Source: an uncultured Deferribacteres bacterium
GTDB lineage: Bacteria; Zhuqueibacterota; Zhuqueibacteria; Zhuqueibacterales; Geothermadaptataceae
Assembly (NCBI GenBank): GCA_964014485.1
Contig: CAXHAT010000028.1
Span: 1 to 51,308 of the forward strand
DNA length: 51,308 bases
Direction: 5' to 3'
Below, one piece after another: positions 19,662 through 30,597 of the stretch. The first letter of the stretch is position 1; each line of letters starts with the position of its first letter. Both the position numbers and the translations under genes were made by a program. The notes beneath the pieces were generated by a model, which did not search any database, had not been told where the DNA came from, and saw only the letters and a list, made by a program, of their open reading frames with translations.

Positions 19662-19752
19662 CATTATTTGGGAAAAATCACCGCTCCAAAAACAGATTTA
19701 GCCTCAAAAAAAAAACGCCGCAAAAACAAATGTTACACCAGCTTAATCGCCA

Positions 19753-19787
19753 TGTGTATCGCTGAGACATTGTATCAAGTTGAGACT
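19753..19787. promoter_or_regulatory. Tandem candidate enhancer (bEBP-binding) sites
   Basis: TGTGTATCGCTGAGACA and TGTATCAAGTTGAGACT, two 17-bp imperfect palindromes about 120-150 bp upstream of the predicted sigma54 start. Confidence 0.55.
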
Positions 19788-20036
19788 TTTTTCGTGTGTT
19801 TGGAAATAGGGGGAAATTAGGCGCGGATGCTCGCAGATTTTGAAATGGTTTTCGTTACAATTTTCGTGTACTCAAGAAAACCGGTGAGGAAGGTACGAAG
19901 TTGAATTTTGGGGTGAGACGGCAGTTTAAAACAAAAGACCCGCTTCTTGAGCGGGCCTCTTAAAAACTTCTCGTTTTCAATGTTCCGGCAAATCGAATGC
20001 TGACTTGCAAAAATGGAATCAAGTTGCAAACGTGTA

Positions 20037-21413
20037 TTATTTCAGCATTGGCAAACCGTATTTTTTCGCTTTCCTGTAAATCGTAGCTCGCCCGATCCCC
20101 AGCTTTTTTGCGGTCTGCGAGATATTGCCCTCACATTCTAGCAAAGCCTGACGCAAAGCCTCTTCTTCCAGCTTCTCGATCCAGCTCGAAAGCGTCGCGT
20201 CTTTTTCGTAGATTTTCTTCTCGCCAATCGCACGGACTGAATTCGGAAGATCTTTTGGCGCAATTTCATCGGAAGAAGCGAGCAGCGTCGCACGCTCAAT
20301 GGCGTTTTCCAATTCACGAACGTTGCCCGGCCAACTGTACGCCATCAGCAGCTCAAGCGCGTCCGGGGCGATGCCTTCGATGTTCTTGTTCTCTTGCTTG
20401 CAATATTTTTCCAGGAAATGCGCCGCCAGAAGCGGAATGTCTTCCCTGCGTTCGCGCAAGGAAGGCAAGCGAATCGGAAAAACGGAAATGCGATAAAACA
20501 GATCTTCGCGAAACTCGCCTTTTTTAACGGCGTCTTCCAAATCAACGTTTGTCGCTGAAATAACGCGCACGTCAACTTTGACCAACTCATTGCCGCCGAC
20601 GCGCTCAAACTCTCTTTCCTGCAATACGCGCAAAAGCTTCGCTTGCGTCATTTGGCTCATCAAGCCGATCTCGTCGAGAAAAATGGTGCCGTTATTGGCG
20701 ACTTCAAACTTGCCGACGCGTTTGCCGCTTGCGCCGGTAAAAGCGCCTTTCTCATGACCGAAAAGTTCGCTTTCAAGCAAAGACTCAGGCAATGCCGAGC
20801 AATTGACCGCCACAAAAGGCTTGCTCGCCCGCGCCTTGCTGTGATAATGAATAGCTCGTGCGATCAATTCTTTCCCGGTTCCGCTCTCGCCCTGTATGAG
20901 CACGGTGACATTGCTGTCGATGATCTTTTCAATCGAACGAAAAACTTCCTGCATTTTTCCGCTCTGCCCAACGATGTTGGCGAAGTTGTATCTGTTCCGG
21001 AGCTCGTTGCGTAAGTCAGCGATTTCTTTTTTCAAGGAACTCGTCATCAAAGCGTTTTTGACAGTGACGAGCAGCCTGTCGCTAGTGAAAGGCTTGGTGA
21101 TAAAATCATAAGCGCCGAGCTTCATCGACTGGACGGCCTTTTCAATAGTGCCGTGCGCGGACATCATTACGCTGGGAACAAGCGGTTCAATATCCCTAAG
21201 GCGTTTCAAGGTCTCGATGCCGTCAATGCCGGGCATTTGAATATCCATCAAGACAAGGTCCGGGTATTCTTCGCTGAAAACTTTGAGGCAGGCTTCCCCG
21301 CTGCTCACCGTGCGAACGTTGTATTCCTTCGTCTTTCGCAGGTGAATTTCAATCATTTTCCCGATATTTTTGTCGTCGTCGACGACCAGAATATTATATC
21401 TGGGGTTGTTCAC
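20037..21413 (-). CDS. NtrC/AtoC-family sigma54-dependent response regulator
   Basis: Intact receiver (MDIQMP), GESGTGKE, GAFTGA, FLDEIG, WPGNVREL, Fis-type HTH. Confidence 0.95.
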   Translation of the reverse strand: MNNPRYNILVVDDDKNIGKMIEIHLRKTKEYNVRTVSSGEACLKVFSEEYPDLVLMDIQMPGIDGIETLKRLRDIEPLVPSVMMSAHGTIEKAVQSMKLGAYDFITKPFTSDRLLVTVKNALMTSSLKKEIADLRNELRNRYNFANIVGQSGKMQEVFRSIEKIIDSNVTVLIQGESGTGKELIARAIHYHSKARASKPFVAVNCSALPESLLESELFGHEKGAFTGASGKRVGKFEVANNGTIFLDEIGLMSQMTQAKLLRVLQEREFERVGGNELVKVDVRVISATNVDLEDAVKKGEFREDLFYRISVFPIRLPSLRERREDIPLLAAHFLEKYCKQENKNIEGIAPDALELLMAYSWPGNVRELENAIERATLLASSDEIAPKDLPNSVRAIGEKKIYEKDATLSSWIEKLEEEALRQALLECEGNISQTAKKLGIGRATIYRKAKKYGLPMLK

Positions 21414-21965
21414 GAAATGAACTCCAACATTTTAAAGATAAGTCCTGAGAGCTGCGGGCGGAGCATGAATGCAAGCTCGGATAATACGAAAAATGCGCCC
21501 TGCTTCGCAAGAAATTTTCCAACAGAACGCAATTGCTGTAAATGAACGGCTTTTGAGCAAGCCGGTATTTGCAAAGAGAATGGGTTTGAAAAGGAAAATT
21601 TTCTAAAAGTGTAAACAGCGTCGATCGCCTGAGTTAGAAGAAAGAATAGGGTGGAGTTTGAGAATTAAGGCGCGAAAGAAGACACGCTTCCTGATTCGAA
21701 GCGTTTGCCCGCTATTAAACTACGATGCAGCATCCCTGCTCTTTCATTTCCTGGTCACAGCCTGGACCATAGGCGTCTTGCCTGTCTATCGGAAGAATAT
21801 AATGCCAATGAAAAGGATTTGCGTATTATTCAAAAATTTATCCCGGAAAGATGATGAACGGCGCAAACGCAGGTATTTGGATCGTGCGATTATGCGAATC
21901 TTCCGCAACGGAGGTAGTATCAAAGAAGATTCATTTGTACAGCACGAACCAGGGACGGTCGGAAA

Positions 21966-22721
21966 ATGGTGAACACAGCCAAGGCGCTGAAGAAAAGTGC
22001 GCAAATACTTGTTTTGGGGTGCATTTCGCTCTGTTTAGCGAAGACGTCTGCAGCTCAGGATTCGCTCAAAGTCGTTCTTCTGCCGGCGAACAGTCCAATT
22101 TTTACTATTGCAGAAAAATGGACTGTTAGTGAAATTATCCAGTCACAGATTGCCGATGACCGCGATTTTAGTATCGTTGATCTTGAAGACGTCGAAGCTC
22201 TTTTTAATGATCGCGACATCAATCCTGATTCAGCCTTCTCATATTTCAACGAAATCGCGGATGCGTTCTCCGCAAATCTCCTCTTCTTACCAGCAGTAGA
22301 AGTCTCAACAGACAGCTTGGCGTTCAAATTATCACTTTACGACAATGCAATTCGCGCCATCAAGAAAACGATTGTTTTAGGTTGCGCTTGCGATCTTGAG
22401 ACTCCGGATTCTTTTCCGGTCAAAAAAGCTTTTGAGCTGCTTTTTGACGCCCCGGAAATTGTCCTTTCCGATGCATCAGATGTTCCGCCGCCGCTTCCTG
22501 CGCCGCTGATCATGCCTTTACCGATCGCTCCGCCGCCGGATGATTCGACCGCCGTCGATGAAAAAATAGATTTTGTCAAACAGAAAAACGGTTCCGGCGG
22601 GAAGTGGAAAAAAATCGCGGCCGGGACGCTGATTGTGGGCGGAGGAATAGCCTTTCTAACAACAAGAAACGAAGCCTCCGGTGAAAAGCTGGTTGATCCG
22701 CCGGCGCCTCCGGAACGGTGA
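21966..22721 (+). CDS. Secreted hypothetical protein with C-terminal hydrophobic/Pro-rich tail
   Basis: Signal peptide; tail KWKKIAAGTLIVGGGIAFL...DPPAPPER. Confidence 0.65.
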   Translation: MVNTAKALKKSAQILVLGCISLCLAKTSAAQDSLKVVLLPANSPIFTIAEKWTVSEIIQSQIADDRDFSIVDLEDVEALFNDRDINPDSAFSYFNEIADAFSANLLFLPAVEVSTDSLAFKLSLYDNAIRAIKKTIVLGCACDLETPDSFPVKKAFELLFDAPEIVLSDASDVPPPLPAPLIMPLPIAPPPDDSTAVDEKIDFVKQKNGSGGKWKKIAAGTLIVGGGIAFLTTRNEASGEKLVDPPAPPER

Positions 22722-22768
22722 ATTTGACGGCAGATGATTTGAAATCTTACTTCAAAGTTTTCTAAAAA

Positions 22769-25700
22769 ATGACAAAGGACGTCAAAATGCGAAGCAAACG
22801 CATACTGTCAGGATTGACGACGCGGGTGGCGCTTATCGTTTTAATCGGCGCATTTACGCCAAATGAGAGTTGGTCGCGCCAAGGCCAAAACATACCTGTC
22901 TCAGCTTTTAGCGGCGCGCAGACGGCGCCCAAGATTCTGGCGGCGAATTCACCGGAAAGCACCGTCGCCTTCTGGCTTGACGCTCGTTCTGGAAAAAATG
23001 CAATTTACAGCCAAACGCTTGCTGACGACGGGTTTCCGCAATTTGAGAGCGGGCGCCTGGCAATTGAAAGCGCTGCGCCAATCGAAAATTTTGACGTCGT
23101 TGAAGGCGAGAACGACGATGTGTTTGTCGTTTGGCAAGAGACGAACGGAACAGCCTCAATATTTGTGCAATTGCTTCAAAAAGACGGCGTCGCGAAATGG
23201 GATGCGCCGTTGACGATCGGCAAAGCAGAGCGTGCGCAAACCAGCGCGCGCATAACGCCGGATGACGCGGGCGGAGTGTACGTCGTGTGGGAAGATCGTT
23301 CCGCACTCGGACGAACAGACGACTCCTTTATATATGTGCAAAGAATTAATGAAGACGGGGCTTTGCTCTGGGACGAATCTGGAATCGAAGCCGCAAACGG
23401 AAACGCTTCGATTGGTGACGCATTGTCTTTAAGCGAGGCGCTGGTCGTCGTTTGGGAAAATCAAGACGACGGCAAAGTCTATCTCCGCGCCTTTGACCAA
23501 AAAGACGGAGAGCCGGTCACCGACGCCGGTTTTAAGCCGAGCGGTTCGCTCTTCACCATGACCCGCCCGCGCCTGGAATATCAGGATTTTGACGATTCTA
23601 TTAACAAAGCGCTGGTTTATGTTATCTGGCAAGAAAACCGCCTGTTGGGAAACGTTGACATTTACGGCCAATTGATTTCTTTGGAGGGCGAAAAAGAGTG
23701 GCGCAACAACGGAATTGCCATCGCTTCCGGGACCGGCGCACAGGTAAACCACAGCATTGTTTCGGATGGAGATGACGGCCTGCTCGTCGCGTGGGAAGAT
23801 CAACGGGAAGGCAAAATCTTTTCTCAACGCATTCGTGACAACGGAACGTTGCGCTGGAAAGATTCCGGCGTCGTCGTTTCTGAAAGCGACGGGCTTCAAA
23901 CAGAGCCGCATTTAATAAGCAACGCCGACAAGGGCGCTTACTGCGTTTGGCAAGATGATCGAAACGGGAATCCGGATTTATTTGCCCAGGAAATTTCAAA
24001 AAGCGGCAAGCTGGATTGGGGAGACGAGGGAATAGCGATAGCCGCGCAGGCGGGCGAACAAAGCTCCGCTTCAGCGTTCAGGCTGGAGGATGAGCGCATC
24101 GCGTTTATTTGGCAAGACATGCGCAATGGAAACGCCGATATTTACGCGCAACTGGCTACGCCGTCGGGCGATTTTGTCAATGCGGCGCCAAGGATTGTTT
24201 CGACGCCAATAGCTTCAGGCGTTGTCGGGCAGGCGTATTCGTACGCGCCAACTGTCCTTGATGTGGATTTGGACACGCCCTTCGAATTTTCTCTCAACAA
24301 CAAAATCGACTGGTTGAGCATCGACAAAAACACGGGCGTTTTGAGCGGAACGCCGCCAAGCGCTGCGACGCATAAAATTTCAATCCAGGTCGTTGACGCC
24401 CGTGATGGGGAAGGGGCGCAAGAGTTCGAGCTCGAAATCACGGAAGGCGAGAATACGCCGCCCCGGATCACCAGCTCGCCGATCACGACGATTGACGAAG
24501 ACGCCGCCTACGCATATCAAATCGTCGTTGAAGATCCGGATAATAATGAAACTCACACTTTCGCCGGCGAGTCGCTGCCGGAGTGGTTGAAAGTTGACAG
24601 CGCGACGGGCTTGCTTTCCGGCACGCCGCTAAACGCGCATGTTGGACGGCATGAATTGACCGTTGTCGCAACGGATCGGGCGGGAGCGGAAGGTCGTCAA
24701 GCGTTTGCGATTGATGTGACGAACACCAACGATCCGCCGCAGATTTCATCGGCGAATTTTCCGACCGCTACTTTGGAAGATCAAGCTTTTACCTATACGG
24801 TTGAAGCGAGCGATCCTGACTTGGGCGACCGTCTGACTTTTGCATTAACCCAAAATCCGGCATGGCTAACCATTAACCCGGAAAACGGCCAACTTTCAGG
24901 AACGCCTTCAAATGAACATGTCGGCGGGAACGCGATCTCCGTGCGCGTGCAAGACGTAACGGGCGCGACGGCGGACGCAGCTTTTACTTTGCAGGTGCAA
25001 AACGTTAACGATCCGCCGATTTTTACCAGCGCTCCGGGCCTCGAAGCTTTTGTTGGCGTGGAATACAATTATTCCGTCACAGCCCAAGACGTCGATCTTG
25101 GAGATCAGCTAACAGTCACGGTCGAAAAAAAGCCGGCGTGGCTGCAATGGAGCGCCGGGAATTGGCGATTGAGCGGCATTCCAACTTCTTCAGCAGCCGG
25201 GCGCGTGGATTCGGTCAGGTTGAAGCTGCGAGACGCCGCCGCCGCTTCGATTTCCCAAGCATTTACGATCACTGTTAAGGGAAGCAATGAACCAGACACT
25301 GTTGCGCCCGACCCGCCGACCGACGCGAAATTTTCTCCCGAAACCTGGACAAACGCTGCAAGCGTCACATTGCGCTGGACGACGCCGAGCGATCAAAGCG
25401 GGATCGCTTTTGCTTATCTCAAACTTGGAGAAGCGCCCGGCAATGTGAATGATTTTGATCTGGAGCACACCGTGAAGGCAGCCGCCGGAGAAGTTGACAG
25501 CGTGTCCTTCGCTGCCGTTCAGGAAGGAGAATCGCCGGTTTATCTCTGGTTTAAGGATCGCTCGAACAATGTTGACGTTTCCAAAGCTATCGAAATTCGG
25601 TACCGCGTTGATCGGACGACCCCGAGTTTGCCCGCCGTGGTGCGCCCGAATGCATTTTCACGCAGCGATACGGTAAAATTCGTCTGGACAGGCGCTAATG

Positions 25701-27523
25701 ACGCCGGCTCAGGAATTGAGAAATATGAATTGACCGTAGACGGCCATTTTCAAGGCTTGGTGCAGCCCGTCGCGTTAGGCGGAGATACGCTTTTTACTGA
25801 ATTGCCGTTGTTTTTGAACGGCAAGCTTTTTCGCTGGCGCGTCACGGCTTTCGATAGCGCGGGCAACCAAAGCGTCAGCGCTGACGCGACTTTCGATCTG
25901 GACGACGCGAAGCCGATTATTATCCATCCTTTGATGGAGTCCGCATCGACAACCAGCGACGTAACCGTTGAAGCGGAAGTCTTTGATAGATTTTCTGACA
26001 TTGATCTGGTCGAAATTCATTTTCGTACAGCCGGCAAACAGGCGGTCACGGTAAGAAGCATGTCGCGCCAGTCGAGCGGGGACAACATTTACCGCGCTGT
26101 GATTGGGAAAAACGAGACGGAAGCGGAAGGCCTGGAATACAACATTGTTGCCGTGGACGGCGCGGGAAATCGCCAGTCGCTGCAAACTGATCTGTTTATT
26201 TCATCCTTCGTCAGTCTGCCTATCGCCAGCAACAGCGCCGAGGCTCCGAACGGGACGTTTGAGAATCGTTATCAGATGATCAGCGTGCCTTACAATACGC
26301 CCGGCATGACCGTACAGCAAGTTTTTGAAGACAACTTTGGCCGCTACAAAAATTTTGAGTGGCGACTTTTGCGATATTCGCTCGACGGCGCGTATACTGA
26401 ACTTGACGTCGATGATTTTGGAGCCTTGCAACCCGGGCAAGCGTTTTGGCTGATCACGAAAAAATCACGAACCTTCCGCGCAAAGGATGTTGTTTCAGTG
26501 CGAACGGATGAAGCCTTTGAAATGACCGCGGCTCCAGGCTGGAATATGATCGGGTCGCCTTTCGCCTTCGACGTCGATCTTGCAGCGCAGGCATTTTCGG
26601 ACGGTTCGCCTGTCGTCGCCTGGACTTTTAACGGTGACGGCTATGTTTTGGAAACGGAAAAGTTAGCGGCGTGGCAGGGGTATTTTGTAGACAATACTTC
26701 CCTGCAATCACAAACGCTCCGTCTCGTGCCAAGCCCGGCGGAGACTGTTTTGGCGAAGGAAAGAGATATTTGGCGAGATAAGGAAGCTGTTTTGCAAATT
26801 TCAGCCGAGCTGAACGGTTTCACTGATGAATCGAATTTTGTTGGCCTGAACGGCGAAGACGACGGCGTTCAAATGCTAAGTCAAATTTCAGAGCCGCCGA
26901 TAATCGGGCGGTCGCCGCGCCTGTTTTTTTCGGAAAACGATTCGGATGAAGAATTTGCGACGATGTTTAAAAACGCCGACGCTGATTTATCGTGGGAGCT
27001 TGTCGCTGAGAATTTGTCCGTTGGCAAAATGAGCATCAAGCTGAATTTGGTTAAAGGATTTTCGGAGCCGTTGCAGGCTTTGATCGTTGACAGGCAAAGC
27101 GGCGTCGAGAGACGTTTGCCTCTGGACGGCGAAGCAAGTTTTTTTATTGGAGAAGGTGAGACGGAACGCCGGTTTTTGCTGTCTCTTTTGGCTAAAGGAG
27201 ACAATGCGCAACAAAGCGCCACGCCCGAGAACTTTGAATTGCAGCAGCCTTGGCCAAACCCGTATCGATTCAGCAGCGGTCGCGAAATCGCGATTCGCTT
27301 TACTTTGGAAAAGCCGTCGAATGTTCAAATCGGCGTTATCGATTTGCTCGGTCGGGAGGTTTGGCGCGGCGGAAACTTTGCGGATATGCCGAAAGGCGAG
27401 CACGCGATTGCCTGGAACGGTCGCGATTCGCTTGGCGAACCTGCGGCAAGCGGCGTATACTTTGTTGTGCTAACAGTTGATGGTTTTTTGAAGGCGCGGC
27501 GCAAGATATTAATTCTACAATGA
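22769..27523 (+). CDS. Large secreted protein: WxDxR propeller-like repeats, about four Ig/cadherin-like repeats, Fn3-like region, FlgD/T9SS-like tail
   Basis: Repeated VW(E/Q)DxR...DIYAQ; NxPPxxxS...WL...GxLSGTP repeats; FELQQPWPNP...WNGRDSLGEPAASGVY. Confidence 0.85.
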   Translation: MTKDVKMRSKRILSGLTTRVALIVLIGAFTPNESWSRQGQNIPVSAFSGAQTAPKILAANSPESTVAFWLDARSGKNAIYSQTLADDGFPQFESGRLAIESAAPIENFDVVEGENDDVFVVWQETNGTASIFVQLLQKDGVAKWDAPLTIGKAERAQTSARITPDDAGGVYVVWEDRSALGRTDDSFIYVQRINEDGALLWDESGIEAANGNASIGDALSLSEALVVVWENQDDGKVYLRAFDQKDGEPVTDAGFKPSGSLFTMTRPRLEYQDFDDSINKALVYVIWQENRLLGNVDIYGQLISLEGEKEWRNNGIAIASGTGAQVNHSIVSDGDDGLLVAWEDQREGKIFSQRIRDNGTLRWKDSGVVVSESDGLQTEPHLISNADKGAYCVWQDDRNGNPDLFAQEISKSGKLDWGDEGIAIAAQAGEQSSASAFRLEDERIAFIWQDMRNGNADIYAQLATPSGDFVNAAPRIVSTPIASGVVGQAYSYAPTVLDVDLDTPFEFSLNNKIDWLSIDKNTGVLSGTPPSAATHKISIQVVDARDGEGAQEFELEITEGENTPPRITSSPITTIDEDAAYAYQIVVEDPDNNETHTFAGESLPEWLKVDSATGLLSGTPLNAHVGRHELTVVATDRAGAEGRQAFAIDVTNTNDPPQISSANFPTATLEDQAFTYTVEASDPDLGDRLTFALTQNPAWLTINPENGQLSGTPSNEHVGGNAISVRVQDVTGATADAAFTLQVQNVNDPPIFTSAPGLEAFVGVEYNYSVTAQDVDLGDQLTVTVEKKPAWLQWSAGNWRLSGIPTSSAAGRVDSVRLKLRDAAAASISQAFTITVKGSNEPDTVAPDPPTDAKFSPETWTNAASVTLRWTTPSDQSGIAFAYLKLGEAPGNVNDFDLEHTVKAAAGEVDSVSFAAVQEGESPVYLWFKDRSNNVDVSKAIEIRYRVDRTTPSLPAVVRPNAFSRSDTVKFVWTGANDAGSGIEKYELTVDGHFQGLVQPVALGGDTLFTELPLFLNGKLFRWRVTAFDSAGNQSVSADATFDLDDAKPIIIHPLMESASTTSDVTVEAEVFDRFSDIDLVEIHFRTAGKQAVTVRSMSRQSSGDNIYRAVIGKNETEAEGLEYNIVAVDGAGNRQSLQTDLFISSFVSLPIASNSAEAPNGTFENRYQMISVPYNTPGMTVQQVFEDNFGRYKNFEWRLLRYSLDGAYTELDVDDFGALQPGQAFWLITKKSRTFRAKDVVSVRTDEAFEMTAAPGWNMIGSPFAFDVDLAAQAFSDGSPVVAWTFNGDGYVLETEKLAAWQGYFVDNTSLQSQTLRLVPSPAETVLAKERDIWRDKEAVLQISAELNGFTDESNFVGLNGEDDGVQMLSQISEPPIIGRSPRLFFSENDSDEEFATMFKNADADLSWELVAENLSVGKMSIKLNLVKGFSEPLQALIVDRQSGVERRLPLDGEASFFIGEGETERRFLLSLLAKGDNAQQSATPENFELQQPWPNPYRFSSGREIAIRFTLEKPSNVQIGVIDLLGREVWRGGNFADMPKGEHAIAWNGRDSLGEPAASGVYFVVLTVDGFLKARRKILILQ

Positions 27524-27526
27524 CGC

Positions 27527-27555
27527 TTGCAATTGCAGCCGCTTTATTATATTAT
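27527..27555 (+). promoter_or_regulatory. Candidate sigma70 promoter of the kinase gene
   Basis: TTGCAA-17 nt-TATTAT upstream of GTG 27601. Confidence 0.45.
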
Positions 27556-27600
27556 ATACATTAAATTACTAACGACCTCACCACTTTAAACTAATTTCGC

Positions 27601-30393
27601 GTGTTTAAGGCAAAAAAAACTCATGTTCGTCTCGCAGCTTGCACGGTTTTAACGCTCTTTTTAGCGCTTGCCGGGACTGTGTTTTCTCAGTCTCAAGAAG
27701 AAGAACGCGCGAAGATTAAGTTTTACAGCGAAGCGCTTTCCCAACCTACGCCTGCTGAACGCATCCCTCTCTTGTTGGCAATCATCGAGAAATGGCCCGG
27801 CTACCTAAACGCACGTTATGCATTAGGCGTGAGTTATACGGAACTTGGACAGCACGACAAGGCCATCATCCACTTCAATTACTTGCTCGACCGCTCGGAA
27901 GAAATCAACAACGACGCAGCGCTTAAGACGACGATTGACATTTCAACGATTAAGGAATTCGTCGCTTTCGCCTACTTCCAAATCGGCTCCGACTATCTGC
28001 GCTCGAACAATTTAACGGCGGCGATCAGCGCTTTGCAGCACGCCATCAAATTGGACGGCGCGAACCCGCGCTATCTTGCCCGCTTGGGCGATGTTTACTT
28101 GCAATCCGGCAATTATAACTCCGCAATCGAGTTTTTCGTTGAATCGCAAACTCTTGAGCAAAACAACGCTTCCGTTTGGCATAACCTGGGCAACGCTTAC
28201 TGGTATGTCGGCAATTTTGAAGCCGCCAAAGATGCGTATGAACGATGCCTGGAAATCGCGCCGAATATGAAGCAAGCGCAAGACAATTTGAAACGGACCG
28301 AAGCAAAGCTCGCCGTGAAAAAATGGGAAGCAGAAGCTGATTCCGCTATGGCGATAGGCGATGTGGATTTTGCTTTGGAGGTTTTACAGCGCATCGAAGA
28401 AGAAAAGCCTGACGACAAAGAGATCGCGGGAAAAATTGCTGAGTTGCAAAAAGAAAAAATTTGGCGCGAAGCCGTTGAAGAAGAGAAAAAGGGCAACGTA
28501 ACCAAGGCTCTGCAATTGCTCGGGCAGCTTCCGGAAGGCTATAAAGAGAGCGCCCGGATGAAAAATGATTTGCAGGCAAAGTTAGATCAACAAGCTCAGC
28601 AAAAACTGCAAGATCAACAAAAGCGCCGCGAGCAAGACATTGCTCGCCGGATGCGCGACGCGGAAAGCGCTTTTAATAACGGCGATTACAAGCAAGCGGA
28701 CGCCAGAATCGACGCTCTCTTGAGAATTGCGCCGAATCATGCCGAGGCGAAACGTTTAAAAGCCGCCCTGACGAAAGCGGAACAAGATCGAATTGCGCGT
28801 GAACAGACGGAGTTGGCAAAAGCGGAGCAAGCGCGAAAAAAAATAGTAGAGACGGAGATTCCAACCAGTCAGCCGGCGGAGGAAAACCAGCCGGCCAATA
28901 CCGCCGCCATAGATTCAATGGCGAATGCATCAAAGACGGAATCAGACGGCGTCCCGGTCGTTAAAATGCCTTCCGAAGACGCGGCGTTATCAAGTAACCA
29001 AATCATTCTTTTCGTCAGCTTGTTTTTGGCCGCCGGAGTTTTGGCGTTGTTTTTTATGTCGCGTCGAAGAAAAGCGACGGGCGGGCAACCAGGCAAGACG
29101 GCTCAGAATCAGCGTCAGTCCCTGGAACAATCAGACACGGTTCACGCTGCGCAGAAAGTCGGCGCTGCTGTGGAAAAGGTCGATTTTGACGAACTTTATC
29201 AAAACCGAAAGCGGCCGGCAGATTCCGCTGGGACGGAAGAGTTTTTCGAGAAGCTCATTTCGGACGACGTCATGGGAGTCAACGACGACAGCGTCGAGAT
29301 TTTTGAGATCAAGTCTGACGAGTTGAACAAAAATCTTGCTCCGAAGCCCAGCAAGAACAACAAAGATTCGAAAGAGAAGTCGAAGCCGCCGACCCGCCAG
29401 GATGCGAGTTCGACAGGTTCTCGAGAAGGCTCGCGCGATTCATTTATGAACATGGTGGATAACAGCGATCAATTCACGCCGCCGCCTTTTCATGATACCA
29501 CGGACGGCGGAATTTTGACGGGCGGCGACGGAACGCGCACCGTTGACATGTCGCAGTACAAGGTTCGTAAGATCGGTCGTTATGTTATTGAAAAAGAGAT
29601 CGGCCGCGGGGCCGCCGGGCGCATTTATAAAGCTTGGGATCCAAAGCTTGACCGAACGGTGGTCATTAAAACCGTTTCGTACAATTTAACGGCGAGCGAG
29701 GATGAGATTGATCGTCTGAAGCAGCGCGTTTATCGTGAAGCTCGCGCCGCCGCGAAACTGAACCAGCCGAATATTGTCGTCGTTTACGACGTCGAAGACG
29801 AATCGACGTTTTCATACATCGTCATGGAGCATATCGAAGGCGTTGATCTTCGCGAGTTGCTGGACAATGAGAAGAAAATCGGGCCTGACAGATGCGTTAG
29901 TTTCGTGATCCAAATCTGCAAAGCGCTCTCTTTCGCCCATGAGGCCGGCATTGTTCATCGTGACGTTAAGCCGTCGAACATACTTGTTTTAAGCAGTGAT
30001 AAAGTGAAGGTGACGGACTTCGGGATCGCAAAGCTGACCAACCATTTGACGCTTACCCAGACCGGCCGCGTCGTTGGGACGCCGAGTTACATGGCGCCGG
30101 AGCAGATCGAAGGGCATGACGTTGACGCCCGCGCCGATATTTTCTCTTTAGGCGTGGTGTTCTACGAAATTCTGACCGGGCAACGCCCGTTCGTCGGTGA
30201 CACGCTTGCCGCTTTGGCTTATAAAATTGTCCACGTCGATCCGACTCCGCCTAGTTTGGTGAATATTGAATTGTCGCCGGCTTGTGATGAAATTATTGGC
30301 AAAGCCATCGCGAAAGATCCGACTCAGCGTTATCAGTCTATCACCGAATTTCAAAAAGCGCTCGAGAACGCGCGCAAACAAGTAATTTCTTGA
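27601..30393 (+). CDS. Transmembrane Hanks-type Ser/Thr kinase with extracytoplasmic TPR domain
   Basis: Signal peptide, TPRs, TM helix, IGRGAAG, HRDVKPSN, DFG, GTPSYMAPEQ. Confidence 0.92.
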   Translation: MFKAKKTHVRLAACTVLTLFLALAGTVFSQSQEEERAKIKFYSEALSQPTPAERIPLLLAIIEKWPGYLNARYALGVSYTELGQHDKAIIHFNYLLDRSEEINNDAALKTTIDISTIKEFVAFAYFQIGSDYLRSNNLTAAISALQHAIKLDGANPRYLARLGDVYLQSGNYNSAIEFFVESQTLEQNNASVWHNLGNAYWYVGNFEAAKDAYERCLEIAPNMKQAQDNLKRTEAKLAVKKWEAEADSAMAIGDVDFALEVLQRIEEEKPDDKEIAGKIAELQKEKIWREAVEEEKKGNVTKALQLLGQLPEGYKESARMKNDLQAKLDQQAQQKLQDQQKRREQDIARRMRDAESAFNNGDYKQADARIDALLRIAPNHAEAKRLKAALTKAEQDRIAREQTELAKAEQARKKIVETEIPTSQPAEENQPANTAAIDSMANASKTESDGVPVVKMPSEDAALSSNQIILFVSLFLAAGVLALFFMSRRRKATGGQPGKTAQNQRQSLEQSDTVHAAQKVGAAVEKVDFDELYQNRKRPADSAGTEEFFEKLISDDVMGVNDDSVEIFEIKSDELNKNLAPKPSKNNKDSKEKSKPPTRQDASSTGSREGSRDSFMNMVDNSDQFTPPPFHDTTDGGILTGGDGTRTVDMSQYKVRKIGRYVIEKEIGRGAAGRIYKAWDPKLDRTVVIKTVSYNLTASEDEIDRLKQRVYREARAAAKLNQPNIVVVYDVEDESTFSYIVMEHIEGVDLRELLDNEKKIGPDRCVSFVIQICKALSFAHEAGIVHRDVKPSNILVLSSDKVKVTDFGIAKLTNHLTLTQTGRVVGTPSYMAPEQIEGHDVDARADIFSLGVVFYEILTGQRPFVGDTLAALAYKIVHVDPTPPSLVNIELSPACDEIIGKAIAKDPTQRYQSITEFQKALENARKQVIS

Positions 30394-30417
30394 ATTTTAC
30401 CTCGGCCGCGCTAGTCA

Positions 30418-30555
30418 GACGTATAGAACACCCTTAATTGTCATGCTGTAAGCATCTTTTTTAGTCTACCCCCTTGAAATTCCAAAGTAATCAATACAGG
30501 GCAATAACAAAGATTCTTTCAGAATGACAAGCCGAGGGATTTCCCAATTGCGCTC
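30418..30555 (+). repeat. Palindromic repeat copy 1 (91-bp core 30439-30529) with degenerate MITE-like ends
   Basis: TGTCATGCTGTAAGCATCTTT...AAAGATTCTTTCAGAATGACA; right end ggga...gcgctc-tta resembles copy 3. Confidence 0.75.
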
Positions 30556-30597
30556 TTAAGCCGAGACAATACCCCGAAAGCTAACACGATCAGGACG

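Noticed and set aside
21802..21972. 56-aa basic ORF overlapping the start of 21966
   Set aside because: Only the overlap supports it; no motif or clear RBS.
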